Origin: Octopus sinensis
Taxonomy: Eukaryota
Assembly: GCF_006345805.1 (NCBI RefSeq)
Contig: NW_021827639.1
Span: forward strand, 1 to 9,934
Length of the DNA: 9,934 bases
Direction: 5' to 3'
Part shown: positions 1 through 9,605 of the stretch, piece by piece
Position numbering within the stretch: position 1 is the stretch's first letter
Layout of the letters: the number at the start of each line of letters is the position of its first letter
Translations under genes and position numbers: made by a program
Notes under the pieces: generated by a model
Database searches by the model: none
Told to the model about the DNA's origin: nothing
The model's input: the letters and a program-made list of their open reading frames with translations, nothing else

Positions 1-389
1 CAGGTTCACCCCGAGCTCGTCGTCGTACCTCCCCTCCACTAATCCCCTATAGAATGCTTTGGTTGTGATGGAGTCACTCAAGGTCGACCAGGACGGCAGA
101 GTTGCTTGAGAGCAACGCGACACTCGCGGTGCCATTCGCCTTCCTCGGCCTCTTTTGATCCACGACTGCAGTTGGTCATAGAGACGAGCTGCGGGAAAGC
201 GTGCCCCAAAAACGGCAACCACCTGTTTCACCGTCGTCTACGAAGAGCCTGAGATGTCGCAGTCTCAGCGCGTGTCTGCGCATCATCAACCACGGCATGC
301 CCAGTCCTCCTTTTAACGGGTGTTGACAGCAAATGGATCGCCTGACCATCGGGACGCATCCTTTCCACAAGAAGCGAAAGAGAATGCGT

Positions 390-390
<1 letters not shown>
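1..390 (-). mobile_element. L1/Tx1-type non-LTR retrotransposon fragment (copy A): post-RT part of ORF2, 5'-truncated, frameshifted, continues past the window start
   Basis: Minus strand from 388 reads RILFRFLWKGCVPMVRRSICCQHPLKGGLGMPWLMMRRHALRLRHL, matching the FxFLW...R...P..GGLG.P pattern that follows the RT domain in L1/Tx1 ORF2. After several frameshifts it reads EWHRECRVALKQL and STLSDSITTKAFYRGLVEGRYDDELGVNL (87->1), where TKxFYxxL resembles the motif before the C-terminal zinc knuckle. It is much more GC-rich than the rest of the window. Confidence 0.8.

Positions 391-478
<88 letters not shown>
391..478. repeat. Perfect (AGAT)22 tetranucleotide microsatellite
   Basis: 88 bp of uninterrupted AGAT between the two LINE fragments. 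Confidence 0.99.
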
Positions 479-479
<1 letters not shown>

Positions 480-942
480 TGGTTCTTTATTAGCTACACA
501 GGGCTGCACACAGACGGGACAGATTACAAAGTAGAGCTTTTCTTTTTGGGGGAAAAAGAAGGTGGGGTACGATTTCGATCAAAAGTGATCGTAATAGGGA
601 AAAACGGAAAAAAAAAGAAAAAAGGAAAAGAAACAAAAGAAAAGAAAAAAACGATCAATAGGGATCGTGTATCACAGTGTCATGATGTAAAGTGTAAAAG
701 GGGAAGCAGATAAGGTTTATCCGTGGTAAGAAAAGCCTACGGAAAAGACCACGGTAACCACGGTCAATATTGTGTTACATGTTACCGCATTTGTTTGCAA
801 GTAGGCAACCCTCTGTTTTAAATTTCCGGGTTCATAGGATTATGCTCAAGGTAGCTTCGTCATTCATACGTGCCATCCTTGCTACATTCACCCATCTTTT
901 TTTAAAACATTCGCTAGACAAAACTTGCCTCTCTACTCTCAC
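479..942 (-). mobile_element. 3' end of an L1/Tx1-type LINE (copy B): last 36 codons of ORF2, 3' UTR and poly(A) signal
   Basis: Minus strand 942->832 reads VRVERQVLSSECFKKRWVNVARMARMNDEATLSIIL* (RxE...F...W ending like Tx1-type ORF2 C-termini). About 350 nt of UTR follows, with a U-rich tract (600-650) and AATAAA at 491->486, then GAACCAT running straight into (ATCT)n. Confidence 0.7.
486..491 (-). terminator. Polyadenylation signal AATAAA at the 3' end of LINE copy B
   Basis: The + strand has TTTATT at 486-491, 7 nt from the start of the ATCT array on the minus strand. Confidence 0.6.
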
Positions 943-1065
<123 letters not shown>

Positions 1066-1414
1066 GAGCAGACAGACATTTATGTGGTGGGTGGATGATG
1101 GTGGTGATAATGATGATGTTGATGGCGATCATTGTGATCACAATCATAATGATGACCAGAGTGATAGTAGTGTCGGAGAGGTGATGATGATGGATGCTAA
1201 ACGAAAATTTATTCAACTTGGAGAACCTAAAGGAAGGAATGAGAAAAGAGAAAAGAATGGAATTCCGAGTAAAACGAAGTATAAGCAACAACAACAACAT
1301 CATTATAAATGACATTAACAACGCTGATGATAACTAACATAACAAAAACAAATACAATAAATTATGTATATATATATATATAAACACAACGATAATAAAC
1401 TCGAGTAAACGTTA

Positions 1415-1716
1415 ATGATGTTGATGATGATGATGATGATAGTAACAGTGTGGCTATATGGCGACCAGAGCCATAACAGTAAAAGTATTAATGATAATGA
1501 ATATAATTATACGACAACGACTGCTGCTGGTGCTGCTGCTGCTGCTACCACTACTACTGCTACTACTACTACTACTACACTACTACTACTACTACTGCAG
1601 ATGAAGATGAAACTACAAAACAAAACCAACAAAAGTAATAATAATAATAATAATAATAAAAATAATAATAATATTAATAATAATGATAACAATAATAATA
1701 AAGATGATGAGGATGA

Positions 1717-1750
<34 letters not shown>

Positions 1751-1942
1751 GGTGGTGGTGGTGGTGGTGGTGTGGTGGTGGTGGTGGTGGCGGTGGTGGC
1801 GGTGGTGGTGGTGGTGGCGGTGGTGGTGATGATGATGATGATGGTGGTGATGATGATGATGCTGATGATGATGATGATGAATATGATGATGATGATGATG
1901 GGGATGATGATGACGGTGAGATGATGATGATGATGGTGATGG

Positions 1943-1976
<34 letters not shown>

Positions 1977-2039
1977 CGATGATGATGATGATTATGATGA
2001 TTATGATGATGATGATGATAATAATAATAATAATAATAA

Positions 2040-2070
<31 letters not shown>

Positions 2071-2198
2071 AAGAAGAAGAAGAAGAAGAAGAAGAAGAAG
2101 AAGAAGAAAGAAGAAGAAGATGAAGAAGAAAAATAATAATGTTGATGATGATGTTGTTGTCGATGATGAGGAGGAAGATGATGATGATGATGATGATA
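1415..2198. repeat. Compound trinucleotide microsatellite (GAT, GCT, ACT, AAT, GAT, GGT, GAT, AAT, AAG, GAT)
   Basis: Successive blocks, e.g. (AAT) ~1636-1700, (GGT) ~1736-1826, (GAT) ~1827-2019, (AAT)7 2020-2040, perfect (AAG)22 2041-2106. Confidence 0.97.
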
Positions 2199-2391
2199 TA
2201 GTTTGAAGCTAAATATTTTGGTGAAATTTCGTAATGGATCTTAATTTAAAGAAACCTATGTAATGAGCAATTATTGCCAAATTCCAAATTCCATCTTCAG
2301 AATTGTCAGCTTCCTAATTCCGTCAACCAGCGTTCTTCCTTCTCCATCCTACCTCTACGCACCCATATACCTCTTCTTACCCTTTTCACAT

Positions 2392-2493
2392 GCACACACA
2401 CACACACACACATAGATGTGTATATGTATATGTATATTTATATGTACACATACATTCATATTCCTCTATATATATATACATATATATTACATT

Positions 2494-2537
<44 letters not shown>

Positions 2538-2697
2538 ATATATATACAGCACATCATTATATAGTCGTACACTTACTCATCATACAGCTACTTTCTATTA
2601 TTATATATGTATAATATATATACATATATTTATATATATGTATATATATATATATATAATATATATTATATATAATATATATATATATGTATGTATA

Positions 2698-2729
<32 letters not shown>

Positions 2730-2762
2730 TATTATATATATATATATATATAATATATATAT
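2392..2762. repeat. (CA)n followed by long imperfect (TA)n tracts
   Basis: Directly visible dinucleotide runs. Confidence 0.95.
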
Positions 2763-2997
2763 AGACTACACCTTGTTATACATAAATTTTCTCTACCCTG
2801 TTCCCTCTTCCAGTATTTCTCAATATGTATTTCGAGACTTATAGATGTATATATATATGGATATGTTTGTGTGTGTGTATACATACACACATACTTCCAA
2901 TAAATACATATATACGATTACACATGCACATGTATACTAACATGGCATATTACAGTTATATTCTATACATACATACCACGCACACATAAACTTACGC

Positions 2998-3020
2998 ATA
3001 TATATATATATATATGATAC

Positions 3021-3057
<37 letters not shown>

Positions 3058-3082
3058 ATATTATATATATCTATTATATATA
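2998..3082. repeat. Imperfect (TA)n microsatellite
   Basis: Directly visible. Confidence 0.95.
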
Positions 3083-3225
3083 TGCGTATACATCACACTA
3101 CACGAAGCACTACACAGCATTTTACTGACAAAACATCACAAGTCTCCTTCATATACATCCATCTCTCTTTCAATTTGTCTTCAGCTCTCTCAATCAATAC
3201 GCATATACATGCATATATATACGCC

Positions 3226-3229
<4 letters not shown>

Positions 3230-3259
<30 letters not shown>

Positions 3260-3333
3260 TGTATGTATGCATGTATGTATGTATGTATGTATGTATGTAT
3301 GTATGTATGTATGAATGTATGTACGTACGTACG

Positions 3334-3367
<34 letters not shown>

Positions 3368-3372
3368 TGTAT
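3230..3372. repeat. (TATG)n tetranucleotide microsatellite with TACG variants
   Basis: About 35 units, directly visible. Confidence 0.97.
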
Positions 3373-3472
3373 ATTACTGTACGTATGTAGCCATGCCTAC
3401 ATATATATGCATATAAGCTCCTATATGTACACTGGTACACATATCCTGACATACACTTGCAAACACACATGC

Positions 3473-3473
<1 letters not shown>

Positions 3474-3514
<41 letters not shown>
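3474..3514. repeat. (CA)n microsatellite
   Basis: Directly visible. Confidence 0.97.
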
Positions 3515-3517
<3 letters not shown>

Positions 3518-3620
3518 CCTTCCTTCTCAATGTATTTCCGTATTACGTTATGAGATAGAGTAGTTTCTAAAGATGGCAGTTCCTTATCTTTGAACTTAAG
3601 TACATCAAAACCAGTCAGGT

Positions 3621-3790
3621 TCTCTTCCTTCTCTTCCTCCTTCTCTCTCACTCCTCGATCCCCAATCTTTCTCTCTCTCTTTCTCTCTCTAACTCTCTCT
3701 CTCTTTGCCTTTTTCTTTATTTATCTATCTATTTCATCTCTCTTTGTTTTTCTCCGTCTCTCTGTCGCCCTCTAACTCTGTCTCACTCTT
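3621..3790. repeat. CT-rich low-complexity polypyrimidine region
   Basis: Degenerate (CT)n/(CTT)n. Confidence 0.85.
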
Positions 3791-3926
3791 TAGGCTCATA
3801 TATATTTCTCTTTATGTCTACCTTCTTCCATTTCAGTATAGATCTACATTTCCCAAACACAGCACTAACAATTTCACTATGCATATAGTTTAGACAATGC
3901 TACAATTACACACACATAAAAACAAA

Positions 3927-3929
<3 letters not shown>

Positions 3930-3966
<37 letters not shown>
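3930..3966. repeat. (CA)n microsatellite
   Basis: Directly visible. Confidence 0.97.
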
Positions 3967-3970
<4 letters not shown>

Positions 3971-4115
3971 TATACACACAAAGATTTGTTCTTTTATAAT
4001 TCAAATATAACAGACTGCCGAGAAAACAAGAAGAGAATATTTCAATAGATGGTGCAGAGACTTTATATTCTTAAAATAGAACACTTTCTCCAGCAACAGT
4101 ACAATATATTATAAC

Positions 4116-4285
4116 TGTTTGCATCCTCGTAACTTAGCGGTTCGGCCAAAGAGACCGATAGAATAAGTAATAAGCTTATAAAGAATAAGTCCTGGGATCA
4201 ATTTGCTCGACTAAAGACGGTGCTCCAGCATGGCCGCAGTCAAATGGCTGAAACAAGTATAAAAGTAAAAGAGTAAAGAGTAAAG
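4116..4285 (+). mobile_element. SINE family 1, 3' portion (5'-truncated) with short tandem tail
   Basis: Aligns by eye with the reverse complement of 8921-9062 (e.g. GTTCGGC.AAAGAGACC.ATAGAATAAGTA...TCGACTAAAG.C..TGCTCCAGCAT....CAGTCAAATG..TGAAACAAGTA) and ends in (AAGAGTA)-like tandem repeats. Resembles an abundant octopus SINE from recall. Confidence 0.8.
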
Positions 4286-4447
4286 CGTAATAGGGTTGAT
4301 TCTTTCATTTGGTCATGGTTATTGTTTTCCATGGATGGTCTCTGGTGTTTGCCATTACGAAGTTGTCTTTGGTTGTCGTCGCCTCATTTGCCAAAATTTC
4401 GTTGTTTCATTTACACTTGTACAGCTTTACTCTTGTTTATTAATATA

Positions 4448-4830
4448 CTAGCAGTATCGCCCGGCGTTGCTCAGGTTTGTAAGGGAAATAACTATAAATC
4501 ATTTTTAGAGAGTTATAGCCAAAAAATAGCAAAAAAATGGGAAAAAATTTATGGTAAATTTTTTTGAGAGTTAAAAAAGGTCGAGTTGCGTCCCCTAGAC
4601 AGTCTGTGGTTTGTGTTTCTGATTCTCGACCCCATGTCGAATTTATCGTATTTTTTCAGAACTGGGGGAACTTTTTCAAAATTTTCACTGCGTTAGTTTT
4701 GATTATGACATTTTGCTGTGTGTGTCAAGTTTCATCAGAATGGTTGAAAGCCGTAGTCAGGGTGAGGGTACAACCAAACAGACACACCAAACCCCACACA
4801 CAGACAAACTGCCGTTTATATAGAGAGAGA
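4448..4830 (-). mobile_element. Non-autonomous Helitron, 383 bp, both termini intact
   Basis: Minus strand begins TC (TCTCTCTCTATATAAACGGC at 4830) and ends CTAG (4451->4448). It sits between a host A (4831) and T (4447) with no TSD. A GC-rich imperfect hairpin CCTGAGCAACGCCGGG (4475->4460) lies 8 nt before CTAG. These are the canonical Helitron hallmarks. Confidence 0.88.
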
Positions 4831-5335
4831 TTATTTTCCAGATTATGATTTTTATCAATTGTTTCTCTGAATTCTTTATCTTTATACCTGCTTCTGTTGA
4901 CCAATTTCTGACCAGCAGAGCTCATAGAATCATGAAGGGGCATATGCTGTTGATTTTTTTAATATTCCTAAATATAGTGGTGCATGTATTTACCTGATAA
5001 AAACTGGTTTTTCTAATGATGTAACCTCTCCATTAATCAATTACAAATTCGTTGGAAACAGCTGTAGTGAATTCCCATATTAACTATCTGTTATTTTTTA
5101 TTTATTTATAATTAACCTCGGAACCTGCTACTCGCATGATCCAAAGTATATGGTCCGTATATTTAATACAATCTGCATTTCTTGATTAGCACAAGGGCTA
5201 CAGATATACTGAGTCGGGTTCAATTAAACGTATACATAACCTGAGCATCTTTCTGCCTCAACTTCGGTTCCTGCGTATGCATTCGTCTATCTTTGCTTTA
5301 CCATTTAAGTGCCTTATTCACCTGAATCTTAATAT

Positions 5336-5552
5336 ATTCTTTTCTAGTCTAGGCACAAGCCCCAAAATTTGGGGAGAGGAGGCCAGTCGATTAGATCGAC
5401 CCCAGTACGAAACAGGTACTTAATTTATTGACCCCAAAATGATGGAAGGTAAAGTCGACCTTGGCGGAATTTGAACCCAGAACGTAAAAACAGACGAAAA
5501 ACTGCTAAGCATTTCGCCCGTCATGCTAACGTTTCTGCTAGCTCGCCATCTT
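5336..5552 (-). mobile_element. tRNA-derived SINE, family 2, near full length
   Basis: Minus strand has an A-box-like TAGCAGAAACG (5540->5530), B-box GTTCAAATTCC (5476->5466), central GTCGACTTTACCTTCCATCATTTTGGGGTCAATAAATTAAGTACC and an A-rich 3' end. Candidate degenerate TSD: GAATCTTAATATAT (5324-5337) / GAATAGTAATATAT (5553-5566), 12/14 identical. Confidence 0.85.
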
Positions 5553-5579
5553 GAATAGTAATATATATTGTGTGTGCGT

Positions 5580-5583
<4 letters not shown>

Positions 5584-5614
<31 letters not shown>
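5584..5614. repeat. (TA)n microsatellite
   Basis: Directly visible. Confidence 0.95.
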
Positions 5615-5618
<4 letters not shown>

Positions 5619-5843
5619 TGAGGTTCGCAGAAAAAGTACAATGTTAGCACCATCATGTTCAATGGATAACCAGATATTGATTGATTTTCGTTGCTTTACT
5701 CTCTGCTCGTGTGAATTATCAAATATTTGGGTTTCTCCGGGAGACCCCCTTTTAAAGTAGAAGAAATAGCTAAGATTTTTGGCAGCTATTTCTAAACTTC
5801 GGTGTGTGGTGAAGCAAATCTTTGCTGAACCCTTTTTATTAGT

Positions 5844-5919
5844 ATATATATATAATATATATATATTATATATATATAATATATATAATATATATTATAT
5901 ATATATATTATATATATAT
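5844..5919. repeat. Imperfect (TA)n microsatellite
   Basis: Directly visible. Confidence 0.95.
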
Positions 5920-6068
5920 CGTAGCAACTATGTTAAGTTTTCCAATTGCGTTTCTTTTTCAATATTTCTTTTTGCTTCCAAAAGCCGGATCTTTTGGTCA
6001 AACTATCGTATCACTAGCCGCTTCAGATGCCAAGATATCAAGAATTGTTAAAGTGTAGGGTTAGGGTC

Positions 6069-6330
6069 ATATATATATATATACATACATACGTATATAA
6101 ATGCATACATATGTGTGTGAGTGCATGCGTATGTGTATGTATGTACAACGGCTTTGCTATGGAATCGTGTAAACTATTTTTTCTGGAAAAGCAACATTTT
6201 GGACTTACGACAATTTTGCATAATAGCAATCATATATATATATATATATACATACTTATATACATGCATACATGTGTCTGTGTGAGTGCGTGCGTGCGTG
6301 CATGTGTATGTGTGTGTATGTATGTATATA
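6069..6330. repeat. Two degenerate (TA)n-(TG)n blocks (about 6069-6144 and 6232-6330)
   Basis: Low-complexity TA/TG runs separated by about 85 bp of unique sequence. Confidence 0.8.
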
Positions 6331-6405
6331 GGAGGCACTTGGATTCTTCAGACTTTACTACTTTATATAATCTAGTAATTTCATTAATTTTTATGAAGGT
6401 AAATA

Positions 6406-6804
<399 letters not shown>

Positions 6805-6814
6805 ATCATATACA

Positions 6815-7285
6815 TAATGCGTCGGCGGGTGTGGGTTTCAGGGATGAAGCTGGAACGGGCCTGAAGTCACGAATGCGATAGCACAGAGTGAGGGAGAAAG
6901 AGTGGTGGAGGATTTTTATAAAGATGGAAAGCAGAAATGAATGAAGAGCTGTTTGTAGCATTTCATTGGCCGTCCAACCTCGGTGCCATTAAAAGAAAAC
7001 AACCATTGCAGTGCGGAATTGGTTATTAAAGAGGTTGTTTTCAAGTTGAAAATCTTCCATATTGATGATGATGTCGAGAAACCGACCAAGCGGAAATGAT
7101 CTGTCACGTGACTTAATTCTTCTTCGAGGTTTTGCGCAGCATATCCTTTCTCTGTTTTCGAGGCATGTGTGTGAATGGGTAAAGAGAAATTTTCCACAAG
7201 AATTTATTGCAGTTGCAGTAACTGATTATTAAATATATTTTCGTTCCCAGCCAACCATACATGTGAGCCAAACATCCCCGCAAAA
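6815..7285. promoter_or_regulatory. Repeat-free island with candidate cis-regulatory motifs
   Basis: Palindromic extended E-box GTCACGTGAC (7103-7112), ETS-like GCGGAA(A/T)T (7013-7020, 7090-7097), reverse CCAAT (6965-6969, 7018-7022), retained CpGs. Function is inference only. Confidence 0.3.
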
Positions 7286-7288
7286 CTG

Positions 7289-7375
7289 ACACACACACAC
7301 ACACACACACACTTACGCACACAGACACACACATGCACACACACACACGCACATTCACACACATGCACACGCACA
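7289..7375. repeat. Imperfect (CA)n microsatellite
   Basis: Directly visible. Confidence 0.93.
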
Positions 7376-7519
7376 TATAGAGATACATAGATATATATTC
7401 ACACACGCAATCCTATTTTCTTGTTGGTGATTCACATGGTGCATAGTTAATATTCGGTGCAATAGACAGGGCAAAAAAGCGATTAGTGAGAAAAGAGTTA
7501 GGGGTGGAGATAGAGATTC

Positions 7520-7620
7520 AGAGAGAGAGAGAGAGAGAGAGAGATAGGGAGTGAGAGAGACAGAGGGAAGGAGAGAGACAGAGGGAAGGAGTGGGAGAGA
7601 GAGAAAGAGAAAGATGGAAA
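7520..7620. repeat. (GA)n and purine-rich low-complexity tract
   Basis: Directly visible, includes a duplicated GAGAGAGACAGAGGGAAGGAG unit. Confidence 0.9.
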
Positions 7621-7790
7621 GGACATAAGGAAAGATAGAAGTTAACTGAAAGTGAAAGTACAAATTTCGCATTTATATATACACACACATTCATATTAAC
7701 GCATACACATATATGTATAGAGACAGCGCGTTCATATTGACACACATATATATTCATATACACAGAAATGCATGCATGTAAACGTGTGCC

Positions 7791-7799
7791 TATATATAC

Positions 7800-7860
<61 letters not shown>

Positions 7861-7975
7861 ATATATAGATATTATATTATATATGTGTATGTATATATAC
7901 ATACGCAAGTAAACATGTGCATGTAGATATATATATATATATTATATATTATATATATATATATATATACATATA
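7791..7975. repeat. Imperfect (TA)n tracts
   Basis: Directly visible. Confidence 0.93.
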
Positions 7976-8119
7976 TTGCATACTTATAGTTGTATTATAT
8001 ACATACATACAGAAGCAACACAGGCACACAACACATTTATACATACACATACATATTGAATGCGTATGTTGAATGCGGCCATGTTAGGATGCTTTAACCA
8101 AAGGTTTTATCTTATAATA

Positions 8120-8237
8120 CCAAACTCTACATTTTCATCCTCCCGAAGTCGATAAAATGATGCACCAGTTATGTACTGAGGTCTAAATAATAGATTCCTT
8201 ACCTACATTTCCAGTTCTGTTTCACTTATATAAGAAA
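8120..8237 (+). mobile_element. Old degenerate fragment of SINE family 2
   Basis: TTTTCATCCTCCCGAAGTCGATAAAATGATGCACCAGTTATGTACTGAGGTCTA aligns loosely with the minus-strand core of 5336-5552 (TTCCATCATTTTGGGGTCAATAAATTAAGTACCTGTTTCGTACTGGGGTCGA). Confidence 0.55.
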
Positions 8238-8920
8238 TTTTTACAAAATCAACTTTTATTCTTATTTATATAATATATTTATTTTTTTTAAACAATTTAA
8301 CTGTTCCTTTATTCTTCCTCTCTCTTTCACGTGGCATATTCTCTTGATATAGTTTAAGTTTTCTGTTGCCTTCACCTATTCAGCACCTCTGCCATACATT
8401 TTCCTCAAATAAACTTTTTCTCAACGACCACAACCTAGTAGGAAAATAAAAACAAATATAAAAATAAAAATAAGAAACAAGTGGTAATTTTAACGGTCGG
8501 TGTGTTACATTATAAGGCACAAAAAGAAAATGACTCTCCCCAGACACAACAGAATATGCTTCAACACACGAACTCTTATAAAGAATCTTGCAGACCAAAT
8601 CCAAAAACGAAACACAACCTAGTATTTTTCTATAAACTAATTTTACCAAAACTAATCCCTCTAATATATCCAACATTTAAAAGAAATATTGATAAAGGAA
8701 TAATATGCAAAAATAACAATAATTTTCATTCCTTTTATTAACCCTGAAAAACTTTCGTTTGAAAAAACATTGTTTGCATATTCACATACCCCTAAGATCT
8801 TCCTCTACAATTTGGTCTCATTCTTCTCTCTTCTCTACCATTCCACCTCTCCCTTCCATTTTATATACTTTTAACCATTTCCCTTGTAACTCTATAACGC
8901 AAGTACTAATGTATTTTAAT

Positions 8921-9174
8921 TATTCTTTTACTTGTTTCAATCATTTGACTGTGGGTATGCTGGAGCATTGCCTTTAGTCGAACAAATCGACCCCAGAAGT
9001 TATTCTTTGTACTTATTCTATTGGTCTTTTTTGCCGAACTGCTAGTTACGGGGACGTAAACACACCAACATCGCTTGTCAAGCGATGGTGAGAGGGACAA
9101 ATACAGACACACAAACACACACACACACATATATATATATGTGTGTGTGTGTGTGTGTATGTATGTAGCTATAT

Positions 9175-9210
<36 letters not shown>

Positions 9211-9271
9211 CATACGACGGGTTTTCACTTTCCGTCTAGCAAAACCACTCACAAGGCTTTGGTTGGCCCGA
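8921..9271 (-). mobile_element. SINE family 1 copy lacking the tRNA head, with an internal CA/TG/TA microsatellite
   Basis: 8921-9062 is the reverse-complement homologue of 4116-4270. It includes a near-perfect palindrome CATCGCTTG-T-CAAGCGATG (9069-9087) and an internal microsatellite at about 9103-9212. The 9213-9271 segment (minus: TCGGGCCAACCAAAGCCTTGTGAGTGGTTTTGCTAGACGGAAAGTG...CCCGTCGTA) matches, from recall, the middle of the same octopus SINE. Confidence 0.78.
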
Positions 9272-9279
9272 ATATATAA

Positions 9280-9605
9280 AAAAGGAAAAATCTGAAAATT
9301 ATGCTCTGCAGAACACTCATAAAAGACATGAGAAAGACCAACACCACCTGACCGGATAAAGGGAAAGCCGCAACCAACAGAAACCTGGTCGAGAACCCAA
9401 GAGAAACTGTGTCTATAAGAGTTGTATATAAGACTTAATTCCATTAGTCTTCACTTCATTCGATATTTATCATCTGCTATCTTACGCGACGATATTTTAC
9501 ATAACTAGGTTGTTTTAATAGTTGTAAACACGGTACACCAATCACAAATAACTACAGCCTGTTTTTCTCCGTAAATTTCTGTTATTAATCCACAATACCA
9601 TTTTT
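9280..9605 (-). mobile_element. Decayed L1/Tx1-like ORF2 C-terminal zinc-binding region
   Basis: One minus frame from 9603 reads KWYCGLITEIYGEKQAVVICDWCTVFTTIKTT*LCKISSRKIADDKYRMK*RLMELSLIYNSYRHSFSWVLDQVSVGCGFPFIRSGGVGLSHVFYECS. The order KxYxxL...DWxxVF...KxxDxxYR...HVFYEC matches the zf-RVT layout. There are two stops and the CxxC is degenerate. Confidence 0.45.

Noticed and set aside
2274-3893. Multiple overlapping YI/CV/HT/MYVC-rich ORFs
   Set aside because: They are stop-free readings of (TA)n, (CA)n, (TATG)n and (CT)n repeats.
4322-4943. ORFs 4322-4567, 4564-4848 and 4725-4943 as genes
   Set aside because: They cross the boundaries of the non-coding Helitron and show no Rep/helicase or other motifs.
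5460-5552. A/B-box region as a genuine tRNA gene
   Set aside because: No convincing cloverleaf, and it continues into a SINE body with an A-rich tail and candidate TSD.
8340-8900. AC-skewed AT-rich stretch as a mitochondrial insertion (NUMT)
   Set aside because: I could not recognise any mitochondrial protein, rRNA or tRNA in it. The skew is equally compatible with decayed LINE sequence.
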